64,000 nt of DNA from Camelus dromedarius (taxonomy: Eukaryota), in contig NC_087437.1 in NCBI RefSeq assembly GCF_036321535.1, positions 27,840,001 to 27,904,000 on the forward strand, written 5' to 3'. Positions 1 through 13,080 of the stretch are shown piece after piece (position 1 is the stretch's first letter; each line of letters opens with the position of its first letter). Both the position numbers and the translations under genes were made by a program. The notes under the pieces are model-generated. The model made no database searches and was not told the DNA's origin. It saw nothing but the letters and a program-made list of their open reading frames with translations.

Positions 1-52
1 ATATATGTTATTATTATTTATATATATATATATGTAATATATATATATATTA
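1..52. repeat. (TA)n / AT-rich simple repeat
   Basis: Imperfect atat/tta run at the window start. Confidence 0.85.
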
Positions 53-2034
53 TTTTTAACCTTGCTGGTATTTCTTCACAAACGTTAGAAAGGTCTAAAG
101 GTCTGTAATTTCAAGGCTAAGTGCTATCATTTTACTAATTAGGACTAAGATAACAAAGTTTGTCTGAGGAAACAAAACTTACAAGAGAAGGGGGAAAAAA
201 GTGTTACAACCAGGAGAAGATGAAGATGGAGCATGTAATTAGATAAAAAATATCACTTAATCAGGGCCAGTGAAATATAAGGATAAGCCCCCAGTTGGTA
301 ATCTGGGAAAAGTTTCTCTTCAGACTATTCTTATCTCCTCTTGAAAGGGTCATGCTTGAATGTAGCATTTGTAACTACCCTGGATATCTTGCTAAGCTGA
401 CATTGATGATTTCCCTGTGGAAAGATGCAAATTCTGGGTCATTGATAACACTGTTAAATTGATTAATCAACCAAGCATGACGGCTGCCAGTGAAACAAAA
501 GATGTCCTTGTTCTTTAAAGCTGACTTGAGGGGCTTCTGTTGCTAGCCCAAATATGCAATGAAATGACATTATAAGGTAAAGGGGAGAAAACAAACAAAA
601 AGAAGTAAACCCAGTGAAACTATTGGCAAAGGAAATGAGATAACACTTGAAAAAATCAGGCCCTATTCTTCCCTGAGCAAGGGTTCAGCATGCACTGAGG
701 TCACTTAAAGTTAGGGGTAGTTAACTGAATTAAAATGACATCAATCCATTGGGAAGGAAAAAGTGCCAACATACTTATAAGTTCCACTCTATCCTACTTT
801 ATAGCGTTTCTTCTAATTTAGTAAGAAATAATTGAGGGAATTTGTTTAAACAGTGTGTTGGAATAGAAGAAAATCTCATGACTTACGAGCATTCACTCAT
901 TAATTCAATATCCATGAAGCTCCTCTAAGTCCTAGACAATGAGGGTGTAAAAAGATGAATGAAACATGGTTCCTACTGCATTCAAGAAGCTCCACATTCA
1001 GGAGATTCAGGTCAGAATTTTCTCCTAAACCACAAGTAGAGAATTTACCTCTGAAAGCCATACTGTTTTTGCGGTTGTACTGAATTAGTATCATCTTGCC
1101 TTATGAACTAATATGTAAGTTTGGATTCTTGTTGAGAATGTATATTTTTTGGTCTGGTAATTAAACTATGGTGATGCTTTAATTTGCTTAGAAAGAAGAG
1201 CTAACTTTAACTACTTGTACTACTTGAATGGGTAATTTGTTTTTTGGGAGTTGAATCAGGCTGTTTTTGCCCCCCGCCGCAGTTTTTATTGCTTATGTAG
1301 GATTACAGATTTATTTTCAAATTGATATTTTATAAATTATGTTTCTTGTTAACATTTGCCCAAACTCCTCCTGTAGCATACTGGCCTACATAAATTTCAA
1401 CCTTTAAAGACATAAGGTCAAAAGTCTCAGAAAATACTACAAGAATTATACTATAGTATGAAATAGATGAACAGTTAATGTAAACTAATTTTGGAGATTC
1501 TAAAAGTTGAGGATTTGTGGTTTCAGATCATAATGTATCAGCTATTTTCTGTGTTTCAGGTAGATGCACGTGTCAGAGATAGACAAATGAAGGGAACTCG
1601 TTTGAGCATGTAAAACCATGCTCTAGGATTTTAAAATTCACTTCTATGGGTCTTCATGATGATGGTGTTTTCCCTAATGATCCTGAACCTCCAGGAAAAC
1701 GTCACTGGGGAGGATTCAGAACAGGGTGCAACAGTGCTCTTTACTATGTCCTGTAGCCCCTATGGCTCGTTCTCCACATTGTCTCAATTCCAGATGTTTC
1801 CTGGCATAGTTGATACTTTCACTTTTTTCCCCTGTAGCAACAAGCCTCTGTCTTTCGGGGGTTTATGAGCTAGTCAGAGAATTGTAAGAAAATCATGTGC
1901 ATATATACAAACGCTGCCATGTAAATTCAGGGACTCCCACATATGAGTCCTTGTTATAAGGTTATAGCCCAGTTTCTGATATGGTGTACAAATTGACGTC
2001 AGTTAGGACTTACCGTAAATTAAGTAAATCATCC

Positions 2035-2538
2035 GTGCATTTAGTAAGTGTTTACTGAGGAGCTACATGCATTGCTAGAAATATAATGAGTAAGATAAAC
2101 TCCCTGCCCTTATGGGGCTTATATCCTAGTAAGAAGAGAAACTGATAACTATAAGCAGATAAACCAAAGAATATATAATATAAAATCAGGTTAATCACTT
2201 ATATCACTTATATGTGGAATCTAAAAAAAAGACAAATGAACTTATCTACAAAACAGAAACAGACTCACAGACAGAAAACAAACTTACAGCTACCAAGGGG
2301 GGAAGGGGGTGGGAAGAGATAAATTGGGAGTTCGAGATCTGCAGATACTAACTACTATATATAAAACAGATAAACAATGTGTTTATACTGTATAGTACAG
2401 GGAACTATATTCAGTATCTTGTAGTAAACTATAATGAAAAAGGATATGAAAACAAATATATGTATGTATGTGTATGACTGAACTATTATGCTGTATACCA
2501 GAAACTGACACAACATTGTAAACTGACTATACTTCAAT

Positions 2539-2569
<31 letters not shown>

Positions 2570-2627
2570 GATCAGGTTAAGTGTAATGAAGAAAAAACAA
2601 AATACGGTAAGGGGACAGAGAGTGATA
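2035..2627 (-). mobile_element. L2 LINE 3' fragment, interrupted by a younger L1 at 2195-2565
   Basis: Resembles the reverse-complemented L2 3' end (gtttactgag...ctccctgcccttatggggcttatatcctag) and resumes after the L1 (tgaagaaaaaacaaaatacggtaaggggacagagagtga). Confidence 0.7.
2195..2565 (+). mobile_element. Young 5'-truncated L1 3' end (artiodactyl/camelid type) with poly(A)/(TA)n tail
   Basis: L1 3'UTR motifs (tatgtggaatctaaaaaa, aaaacagaaacagactcacagac, cattgtaaactgactatacttcaataaa). 15-bp TSD with 1 mismatch: ATAAAATCAGGTTAA (2180-2194) / ATAAGATCAGGTTAA (2566-2580). Confidence 0.95.
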
Positions 2628-4049
2628 GCATGCTATGAACAAAAGCATTTCAAAATAAATGCAAAAGTGTGCATTTTAAAAATGATTTTTAAGCAATAAT
2701 TTAAAAATTACTTTTTAAATTTTATTATAATTTCTTTATATTAATAATATACTGGGAATGTAAGATGCAGGAATTATAATAAAAGTCATTAAAGCTTTTT
2801 TAGGGTTACTTAAATAAATTGATAAAAAAGAAATGATGGGTAAAATTAACACATTTTCTTTGGAAAATCAGAAATAATCAAAAAGAATTTTTGCTAGATT
2901 TTATTCAGTAAAATTTGATGGGAAATTCAGTGAGCTCTTTCTAAAAGTCTTCTTAGCTTATTGCACTTTTGGCTTCTGTAGAGTTAGAGATCAGCTAAAA
3001 GCTGGAAAAGACTTGGTTTCCACAAATGAAACCAAATGGAAATGGCTGTAGACGCATATTATCTTCCCACAGACCTTCTGAGAGAGGCAGTGGAGTTAGG
3101 TTTTATTTAATGCAGATGTACTGTCATTAATATTCCGTCTGAAGATGTATTTGACAGTGACTTTACAAACACATATACACAGATGTATAATGTTAATATA
3201 TTTAACCCAGCTGACCACAGAACCCTTGTGTTGCCTTTAGAAATGGCAGAAATACTGAGGAAATTCATGGCCAGTCCTTCCATAGTAAAAATCTCCATTG
3301 CTCTTTTGGCCACAGAAGAAGGACTTGCAAGCACATTTGTCTGCAATTTCAGACAGTAGAGTGTGCTCTCCTATTATTATTGCTCAGTCTGAAATATGAC
3401 AAAATATTTCACCTTTTCACGCCATGCCAGTTGGGAAAAAGGTTTTTTAATGGGAAAACCACTGCTTAAGTCATTGCCAAAAGTGATGCAAATAAACCCT
3501 ACAGGACTCCAGGGTGATTTGAACTTCTAGTTCCTAAAGTAAATGGCAATAGAACTGACCCTAGTTATTCCTTTATCAATTAATCTAAGGGAAGGATTTT
3601 CTTTTTTAATCATGACAAGGAATATATGTTTTTAGAATCCATGATGTACTTTTTAAGAATGTCGTCAATTGTAGTCAACCTTTTCCCTCTGAAAGAAGAT
3701 ACTTTTTTAAAAGAAACAATAAAAAAAACTTTGGAAGCTGATTTTGCGAGAGGATGAATGATCAAGTTGGGTCATTTTTTTCTTTTATAAAAATCAGAAG
3801 AACTTATAAAATAAAGTGGTTGACTTCCTAGAGCAGCTGGGGCTGCTATTACTGGAAAAGAGCCCTTGAAATATTTGAACCCATGTGAGCATTATTGGAA
3901 TAGTCCCTGAGGGGAACCTTTAAAAGACAACATTCAGTGGAGTGCAGACATTTCAATATACATCACAATCACACCTCAAGTAAAAAGGATAACATGCAAT
4001 AAAGTAAATCTGGCATGGCACCACAGAGGAAAACGTGAGAATGGAGGCA

Positions 4050-5090
4050 GTATTCCTGACCATAGTGTTAAGAAAAGCATCATGGCCAAGATGGCTTACA
4101 TTTTGCTTTTGAAGAGTATGTAAGATTTAGATGTATAGAAAAGGAAGTGTATTCCATCCCATGGATGGAAAAAGAAGCAGAGAAATGCAAAGGAGACTTG
4201 TGAGATAGGAGTAGGTCAATCTGATTGAAGTAATGCTTTCATATAGTAAAGAAGCAGGCAATAGGTGTCATCAGGAATATTGGATTAAATTTGCACTTGA
4301 GTGCCAAGCTCTCAAGGAATTCTGATTTATATTATGATCAATGGAGAGTCACTGAAGGTTTCTGAGTAGAATCACAGTGTAGAGAAAGTAGGCTATTATG
4401 AAGATTCATCTGTGGTGGAATGGATTGGAGAGAGGAGGCAACTGGGGAGACGGAGGCCAGGTGTGGGCTCTAATGGCAAAAGAGATGTGATGTGATAAAA
4501 TCTCCGTTGTGATGGCTATCATGTGCTGTTGAGTGGGAAAACATGATGAAAGTATACATTTCTCACCCCCAAAATGTCAGAACATTCAACTAAAGCAAAT
4601 ATGTATATATGAATAATGTATCAGGAAAGATACAATAGTTCAATAAATTTTCCTACAATTTATTTATAGTGGGGAAAGATTAATTCTGTTGTCAGGCAAT
4701 TATAGCAAAGATGCTCCAAATATTCTTTGTTAAAAAACATGAAAAATTTCGTATTTCAATTTATTACTGAAAATCATTTTTAATCAGATACAGAAGATGG
4801 TTTCTTAACCAGTACTTACTAACAGTTGCAAGGCATCATGCTCAAAGTTGTGAAGGAGAAAAGGGAATTGTAAGTAGAAGCTGCCTTTAGGGAATAGACT
4901 ATCTAGACGGGGGGATGACCTACACTGGATAAGGAGAATGCAAGGGCAAAGGTGCTAAGTTATAGCTGGATATAAAATGATAACAAGGAGGAGAGAGCAT
5001 ATGCAGCTATTTAGGGAAGACTTGTTAGGGAAATGGCATTTGAGCTTGGCCTGGAACAATGCATGAGATTGGTCATGAAGGTCTAGAGAG
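4050..5090 (-). mobile_element. Degraded L2 fragments
   Basis: L2-like phrases (caatggagagtcactgaaggtttctgag, tggaatggattggagag, gcatttgagcttggcctggaa). Boundaries approximate and the match is discontinuous. Confidence 0.55.
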
Positions 5091-5349
5091 AGGAAAAATA
5101 TTGCTATGCATTCATTATTCTTTTTATTTACTGTTTCATGAAAGATGCAAAAATTTGGGAAATATTTTGGCAGGGAAAAAACATTTTGGCTGTACTAATA
5201 TGTCACTGTATTTCATTACACTGGGTATACTGCTTTAGGATAAACATTTTAGTAAATTTTTAGTATAGTTTGTAGTGCTAAGAGAAGGAATTAAAGGTGT
5301 TTTTTAAAAAAAAAGGAGAATGAAATAATACGTCTCCTAAAGTGGTAAC

Positions 5350-5545
5350 AAAGCATAGAGGTTAAAAACATGAACTCTAGGAACAAACTGCCTGGCTTGA
5401 AATCCTAGCTCCAACCCTTATCAGCTATTCAGTAGGTGAATGATGGGACTTCTTGAGTGTGTCTTAGTTTCCCTATCTGTAAAAGGGGGGGCTAGAGTAG
5501 TGTTTACCTTGCAAATTGTTGTGAGATTACATTATACACATACAT
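5350..5545 (+). mobile_element. MIR SINE
   Basis: MIR core: gcatagaggttaaaaacatgaactctag...ttgaaatcctagctcc...agtttccctatctgtaaaa...gttgtgagatta. Confidence 0.8.
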
Positions 5546-5609
5546 ACACAGATAAGGGACTGGAATTTTATTTCACCCTACTTAAAATCTAATAAATTAC
5601 ACTGTTATT

Positions 5610-6014
5610 GTTCCATGGATGTTGGCAAAAGTGTAACAGCTGTGGGTCAGAGACAAAGGACTTCACTATTCAGCAAGCAGCATGACTATCAGGTTTGCAT
5701 CAGTTCTCTTGACCTCCAAGTCCTGGGGGGGGGGGGGTGACGCAGAGGATCCAGATAGATGTTATGCTTACAGTCGGTTTGTGTTGTAGCCAGGGATCTC
5801 TAAGCTTGGGGAATCCACCTCTTTCATAGCAGCCAGTAAGTCAATCTGCTCTTGATCCTAATGGGAGACATTATCTCATTCCTCAGAGTTACTTGTTGCA
5901 AATACAGTCCTGAGCGATGACATGAGTAAAGGGCTATTAAGGCCTTGCATTATTGCCATGCCTAGCAAGACATATATGAGCATGAGAAACTCATGAAGGA
6001 TTGTCTCTTTCAAC
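5610..6014 (-). mobile_element. ERVL solo LTR, LTR40-like (contains a G13 run at 5725-5737)
   Basis: The reverse complement starts gttgaaagagacaatccttcatgagtttctc...gtcttgctaggcatggcaataatgcaaggcctt and is clearly homologous to the copy at 45266-45744. Confidence 0.8.
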
Positions 6015-8289
6015 TATTTAAAGCACTAAAAAACAGTGCTGTGCACATATTAAGGACTCTTAATGAATATACACTATTATCTTTACTGTGGGATAGTCTA
6101 TTATATGTTCTAAAATGCAGTTGTTTGAAAGCACAACTATTATGAAATAATCAAACTTCAATTTAATTGAAGGCTTGAGTTTCACAATAGTTAGTATATA
6201 TTCAGGTAAAAAGTATTACACAGAAATGTGTTTTATATTAACAGATCTCTCTCAGAGGTATACTTGGAGAAATTTGAAATTTTGTTTCTGACCGGTAGCA
6301 CTTAACTGCTTTGAGTCCATTGATCTTTTTGACAAATTTTAAACACTCGGTCAACATTTTATTAATTAACCCAAAGTATAACAATTAGAATTTTAAAATG
6401 ATCTAATTAATGTTGTGATAGCTTTCGGTGAGGGAGCTACAGGCTGTTACCACTATTTATGCACAGCAAATTACCTTTGGAGTCTTTTTCTTTTGATTAT
6501 TATGTTGTTTAGGACTTTAGATTTTTGGACTATTTCACAAATGCTTGCACATATGTACATATGGAAAATCATCTGGAAAAAATGAAAATTTGTTTTTACT
6601 AGAATAGGACAAAGACGTATTCCAACAAATATTTGGAAAGAAAAGGAAAGTCAGGGACTACTTAGGAAGGAAGACAGGGAAAAAAATAACAAGTATATGT
6701 AATATTGGTAAAGAAATAATTTTGGAATGTTGAGTGCTTCAGACATTAGATTCCAGAAAGGGATGATATAAGGGAGATTACTGACAGAAAAGACAACCAA
6801 AGTTAAAAACTGTAACAAAAAAGGCAACCAAAGTGCTTCTTGGGGGGACCTTTTTTTTTTTTAAAGAAAATTTGAAGACAAAAGAGAAAGCCTACTTGTA
6901 CAAACTTCGATAAAAAATTGATAACAGCAACAAATAGAAATTCTGGGTAGATTTCATCTCAGGGGAAAAAAAAAGAGATTGAGGAATAGGTTGAAGGAAT
7001 GAACTTGACAGATCAGAAGAGACTTTTACTGCAGAGTACCTTCAACTGTGTCAGCTACGCTTTGCCTCCAGCCTGCTCTCTGATTACAGTTCTTTCTTGC
7101 AGTTACATTTAAGTGGCTTCTATGTGGTCTGTACCACACTACATTTTAAAATGACTCATTAATAACACTATTTAGAAGCCTTGTACTCCAAATCCTAAGA
7201 AACATGCCTAGATTGAGTTTAAGGCTTTTTGGCTAAACTATAGGAGACAGACTATGAGTGCAATGTTGCAGAGATTGTTTCTTTTTTAAGGGAACTGTGA
7301 GTTGGGTTTCTAAGGTTCCATTATGTAACTAAGTAAAAAAAAAAAAAAAAACTTCCCTTATTTATTCACATACATTTGGGAGGTATTATGAACACCAAAC
7401 TAGGGAAATGAACAAACAAACCAAACTTGCAGTTACATCTTGTGGTTCAATGGGTTTTACTCAGTACTTGTACTTTCAGACTTTTTTTTCAGTGCCATTC
7501 TGTTTTAATTAGCTGAGCCATGAGTGACAATGAACTTGCCACAGTCAATTTAAAAAAATTGTGCCATGAACCAACAGGCAAAACAATGTTTTTATGGGAG
7601 TGGGCCTGCCATCGAACATCCATTTACTAGGTACCTGGTAGCCCCTGTGTGAGATGCTTCTTATGAAGTTTATTTATTATTGGATGCATTGGACAAGATG
7701 GGGCTATACAGTTTTTAAAGTTTTCTTTGCGCTCTTGCCAGGCTAGAGGATAAACAAAAGGCAAAATAGTAAACCAAAAATGTTTCTCAAATAATGAAGC
7801 TCAGACTAAATGAATTCAAAACAAAGATATTATGGGGTCTGTGTGTGTGTTATCTGTGCATGCCTGTATGAACTTTGGTCTTTGTACAACTGCCTATGCA
7901 TTTCTCATGCATCTATGTCCTCTCTCATATCAGCCTCTTAGAAGACATAGTATTCTTATTCACAGCCTCTAAGGTACCTTGTGTTGTATCCCTCCTTCAG
8001 GCCACAGCTGTCTAGACCAGAACTGGACTATGGACTAAATTTATGCTGATCATATTTCTTGTCCTTTCAAGAATTGGAGTTAGGTCACTGAGAAGCTGAT
8101 CGTGAGGTGATGTTAAACGTGTAAGCTAAGTTGACATGTTAGAGTAAGGAGCTGCGTAGGTGCCACGATGAGTGAAAGAAAACCATGGCATGCAAGCCAG
8201 AATGGGTGGGGAGTTTGAAACTACAAGTAATGTTTGAAATCATGCAGAAAGGCCGGTGGGATGATAAGCTCTCATGGATTGAATGATGG

Positions 8290-8430
8290 AGATGAACTTC
8301 CAAACTCTGCCAGCAGTTCTTATTGGATCTCAGGCAAGTTATGTAACTTCTCTACATTTCTGTTTTGGTTTTTTTTCTCCCAGTAAAATAAATGAGTTGA
8401 ACCTGGGAATCTCTTATCGTTCCTTTATGT
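8290..8430 (+). mobile_element. MIR-like SINE fragment
   Basis: ggcaagttatgtaacttctct...cagtaaaataaatgagttgaacc resembles the MIR/MIR3 core. Confidence 0.55.
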
Positions 8431-8539
8431 TGCTTATTCTGTTCTCCAATGACAAGACTGTGTGTCTCCAATACAAACTATTTCAGAAATAGTGGTCTTC
8501 CTTTGGGAACCAGAATGAACCCTAGACCTCATTCTATCT

Positions 8540-8860
8540 TCATTCACCCATTTGACAATTATGTATTGAGCATCTACAGCTTAAGGTAAAGTGTGGGGTT
8601 TATGGACATAATGAGAAAAACAGACATGAATTCTGCCTTCATGGACCTTATGAATCAGACACATTAATCAAGTAATCACACAAATACATCATTACAAGCT
8701 TCAGTAAGTGCTATAAAGGACAAGTACAGGAGGGGGGACAGCAGGGCTTGGTTGCTCTGGGTTGAGATCTGAGGCAGCTTCCTTGAGGAAATAATGTGTG
8801 AGCTCAGAGAGTTGAAGGATAAGTAAATAAAGATTAGGAAGGAGAACATTCATGGTACAA
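8540..8860 (-). mobile_element. L2 LINE 3' fragment
   Basis: cattcacccatttgacaattatgtattgagcatctac...ctgccttcatggacctta...taagtgctataaagga...gcttccttgaggaa. Confidence 0.75.
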
Positions 8861-9181
8861 GGAACTCCTTAACAGTCATCATCAGAAAATATATCTCACT
8901 TGGAAACTTTTACTGCATTCTATTTTATCTTAGTCTGGCACACAGAAACCCACAGCTGACGGGAAATATTTTGTCATGCCATAGCCCCCAAGTTATGCAT
9001 GACAGAGACTATATCTATGTGGAGGCACAAACTAAAATATTTTGGTGAAAACTTTTTCCTGAAACCCATGAAACCCACGAGGAGAACAATAGCAGTAACA
9101 GAAAGTTTTACTAGTGCAAACGAGTAGTGATTTTTTTTTTGAGTGTAGATGGATTCTTTACCACTTTAAAAAGATTTATTC

Positions 9182-10552
9182 ACAGAGGAATGAAACTAGA
9201 CCACTGTCTTACACCATACACAAAAATTAACTCATAATGTATTAAAGGCTTTAATGTAAGACCTGATGACATAAAACTCCTAGAAGAAAAAACATTGATG
9301 GTAAGCTACTACATTAGTCATGGTGATGAATTCTGGACCTGAATCCAAAAACAAAGGTAACAAACCAAAAATAAACAAGTGGGACTACATCAAGCTAAAA
9401 TGCTTCTGCACCACAAAGAAAACTATCAATAAAATACAAAGACAACTTACTGAATGGGAGAAAATATTTGTCAGTCATATATCTGATAAAGGGTTAATAG
9501 CCAAAATACAGAAGGAACTCATATAACTCAACAACAACAAAAAAATCCACAAACAACCTGACTGAAAAACGAACAGAGGATCAGAATACATGTTTTTCCA
9601 AAGAAGACAATACAGATGGCCAACAGGCACAGGAAAAGATGTTTGGCATCATTTATCATTAGGGAAATACAAATCAAAACCACAGTAAGATATCACATTA
9701 TACCTATTAGAATGACTATTATAAAAGAGATGAGAAGCAACAAGTGTTGGTGAGGATATGGAGAAAAGGGAACCCTTATGCAGTGTTGGTAGGAATGTAA
9801 ATTGGTGCAGCCACCATAGAAAAGCATATGAAAGTTCCTCAAAAAAATTAAAAATAGAACTACCATACAATCCAGAAATTCTACTTCTTGGTATTTATCT
9901 GAAGAAAGTGAAAACAATAATTTGAAAAGATACATGCATCCCCATGTCCACTGCAGCATTATTTAGAAAAGCCTAGATATGGAACCAAACTAAATGTCCA
10001 CTGATGTATGAGTAGATAAAGAAAATGTCATAAATAGATATAATGAAAAACTACTCAGCCATAAAAAAGAACGAAAATGAAATCATGCCACTGTGACAAC
10101 GTGGATGGACCTTGAGGGAAGGAGGTTAGACAGAGAAAGACAAGTACCATATGATATTACTTACGTGTGGAACCTAAAAACAAAACCAACAAACTAAACA
10201 AAAACAAAAACAAAATTATAGATACAGAGAACAGAATGGTGGATGCCAGAGGGACAAAGGTGTTGAGGAGTGAGAAAAACAGGTGAAGAGAGTCAAGAGG
10301 TACAAGTTTCCAGTCAGAAAATACATAAGTCATGGGGATGTAATGTACAGCATGATGAATACAGTCAGTAATATTGCAGAGCATACTTAAAAGCTGCCAA
10401 GAGAGTCAATATTAAAAGTTAACTTTGTGTGGTAACAGATGGTAAGACTTACTGTAGAGTTCATTTTGCTATGTATACAAATACCAAGTCACTTTGTACA
10501 CCTGAAGCCAGTATAGTGTTATATGTCAATTATATCTCATTGTAAGAGAAAA
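9182..10552 (+). mobile_element. 5'-truncated L1 (L1MA9-like), ORF2 3' part plus 3'UTR, with frameshifts and stops
   Basis: ORF 9320-9526 contains [34 protein letters not shown], an L1 ORF2 signature, followed by an L1 3'UTR. TSD with 1 mismatch: AAAAAGATTTATTC (9168-9181) / AAAAAGATGTATTC (10553-10566). Confidence 0.95.
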
Positions 10553-10954
10553 AAAAAGATGTATTCCCGACCTCTTCTTCCCACCCCATCCTCCATACCT
10601 GCCCTGGGTTTAAATTGTATAGTAGTGCTGGAATACTTTAGCTCAAAGTCTTCCTGCAAGTATTATACATTTTTATGAGCCAATTCTCTTCATGGTGAGC
10701 TGGCTTTTGGGACTATGTGAACAAATTTCAGCCTTTAGGTACAACAGTGCTTGCAAAAGTTCAGATACCTTAGTCAAAAGAGAGAACTCTTCATTGTTTG
10801 AACATAACTGGAGATGCTAGTGCTGAAGAGTTTCTCTAATTATTTGATCCCCAAAATACAAGTCTGGGACATTATTAACACCATACCTGCTAAGTGGGTG
10901 GATGGTGGACTCATTTGTATTCATCAACAAAATTGTTATATAATTGATAAAAGC

Positions 10955-11560
10955 TCAGTTTAACAAAAATTATTGAGTAACTACTGTGTTCTAGGCATAT
11001 TCTAAGGGCTAAAAATACATAAATTGGACATAGGAAAGGCAACAGACATCTAGCACTAATAAATATAATAAATGTTATCCATTCAAGAACAGAAGAGCAC
11101 ATAAACTACAGAAGTGGCGAAATTATTTTTCTGATGTGGATGGGGTAGGGGGAGGAGTCGCCAGGCTTCCCAGAATGGGTGAATGCTGAGCAGTTTGTGA
11201 CTGGGAGCCCCCAGGGCAAAAAAGGAAGGGAAGTGCTCCAGGCTGGGAAGCAGCAGGTATGAGATGGTAAAACAGCATGCGGTGTGCCAGAAAGTAGTTG
11301 AGGGTTGTTAGAGCAAAAAGTGCCCGTGTGTCTGGGATGAGAGGGGTGCTGAAGGCTGAAAAGGAAGGAGATGAAGCTGAGACTAGGCAAGAAGTGTGCC
11401 AGGAGGACCCGGCACGATGGGTCAAAGAGCTTGGGCTTTGTTCTCCAGTCCAGTGGTGGGAAACTGTGGCAAAGTTGAAGCCGAGGAGCGGCTGGTCACA
11501 CTAGGGATCAGCAGTATCTCTGAGGAAGAATGGCTGTCAAAATACTAGAGACAAGAAGGT
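10955..11560 (-). mobile_element. L2 LINE fragment
   Basis: tttaacaaaaattattgagtaactactgtgttctaggcat...ccaggctgggaagcagcaggtatgagatgg...gagcttgggctttgttctc. This explains the chance ORFs at 11106-11504. Confidence 0.7.
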
Positions 11561-11591
11561 AGACTGGTAGGTGAGGACTCTGGTCTTAAAA

Positions 11592-11972
11592 TTAGGGGAG
11601 GAAAACTACGGCCCTTGGGCCATGTCTGACCCACCACCTCTTTTTTATTAGGCCCAGGAGGTAAGAAAGGTTTTTATAGATAAACATTTTCAATTGACTT
11701 GATAAACATTTTCAGTTGACTCAGCCTTGAACCTCAATCAAGCAAAAATTATTTTCCTAAAAAGAATTGTATTTTTCTCATTAGTAGACCTATATTACAA
11801 ATTTTTCTCAATCATTATTATATTTTTAATTTATTCAATAAAAAATTAGAGAAATTTGTTTTGTCTTTTGTTACTTAAGCACATAGATAGTATCCTCAAT
11901 TTTTCCTCTTGGCCCACAAAACCTAGAATGTTTACAATCTGGCTCTTTACAGAATGAGATGGCCAGCTCCAG
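11592..11972 (+). mobile_element. hAT-Charlie non-autonomous DNA transposon (MER102-like)
   Basis: Left end ggggaggaaaactacggcccttgggcc; right end tggcccacaaaacctagaatgtttacaatctggctctttacagaa. Internal 22-bp tandem duplication gataaacattttcaattgactt / gataaacattttcagttgact (11679-11721). Confidence 0.75.
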
Positions 11973-12329
11973 ATCTAAATGAGAAATACTGAGGATAGTA
12001 AGAAAGGAGAAGAGGTAATGGGCCAGATAGTTAGGACCATCCACGTGTGAGTTCCTGTAAGAGGAGATTAATTTTCTGACTATATATTGGTTGATTTGGA
12101 AAACACATGGGTGTAACAGATATGTTTTTGCCACATAGACAAAATAGTTGTCTAAATTAATCATTTTCAATCTGTTGTATCATGAAGTTGCAAGATCAAT
12201 AATATTTTGACTTTTAAAAAGGGCTTTATATCATTTTTATCCACTTTAAAGCAGGTAAATAGAACTCCTCTATACATACTGGCATTTTTCACACACCTTC
12301 ATGTAGCTAAGGGTATAATTTCTTACTTT

Positions 12330-13080
12330 TTAAAAACAGCTATTAAAAAAATACAAGTAATAGTGCTGATGGTTTTTTTTTAATCCAAAAGGAGAAAAAA
12401 ATATACAGTAAAAAGTGAATTTCCATTTTACTTTAATCTCTAGTCCCTCATTTGGCAGTCCTCTCTGTAGGCAATTTCTTTTGCCAGCTTTTCACACTTC
12501 ATATCCATGCGCATGTAACATGTATGTGGATATAGCTCCTTTTTTTACTCACACAGTAATGCATTCTACATACTATAACATATCTTCCTCTTGCCAGTCA
12601 ATATAACTTGGAGTTGGTTTCATATTCATTTCTATAGTTCTCATTAATATCTGAATAATATTCCAATGGACAGATGCTACAATAAGTAACTATGTACAAA
12701 CATCTATGCATGTATTACAGGGTTTCTATAAGAAAATTTTCTAGAGGTTGAATTTCAATATAGAGGATATTTGTGTTTTAAACTTACAAATATTGTCAAA
12801 ATTGGCTTTCGAAGGCTGAACTAACTTATACCACCCCAACTATATATCAGAATGTATGTTTTCTAATCTCTTTATCAAAATAGAATAATAGTCAACTCTT
12901 AAATCTTTGTTAGAGTGATAGATGAAAAAACAAGGCATTCCCTTGTAATGTTTCAGTATGTTTCTTAAATGACCATGAAGTTACATCTTTTCATGTATTT
13001 AAAAGCCATTTCCTTATTTTTGAATTGTCTGTTCATGTTCTTGGCTTACTCTATTGGGATCATGTTCTGTTTTAAAAATA
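12330..13080 (-). mobile_element. Ancient L1 (L1ME-like) 3' region
   Basis: Degenerate reverse L1 3' motifs (ttgtcaaaattggctttc, tgaattgtctgttcatgttcttggc). Confidence 0.6.

Noticed and set aside
955..1083. Short plus-strand ATG ORF near the donor-like site at 1115
   Set aside because: Its 5' part resembles an L2 remnant (aacatggttcctactgcattcaagaagctc), and it stops before the donor.
9320..9526. ORFs with real protein similarity (also 21714-21917, 27771-27986, 57957-58379, 63501-63743)
   Set aside because: All are broken L1 ORF2 fragments, not host genes.
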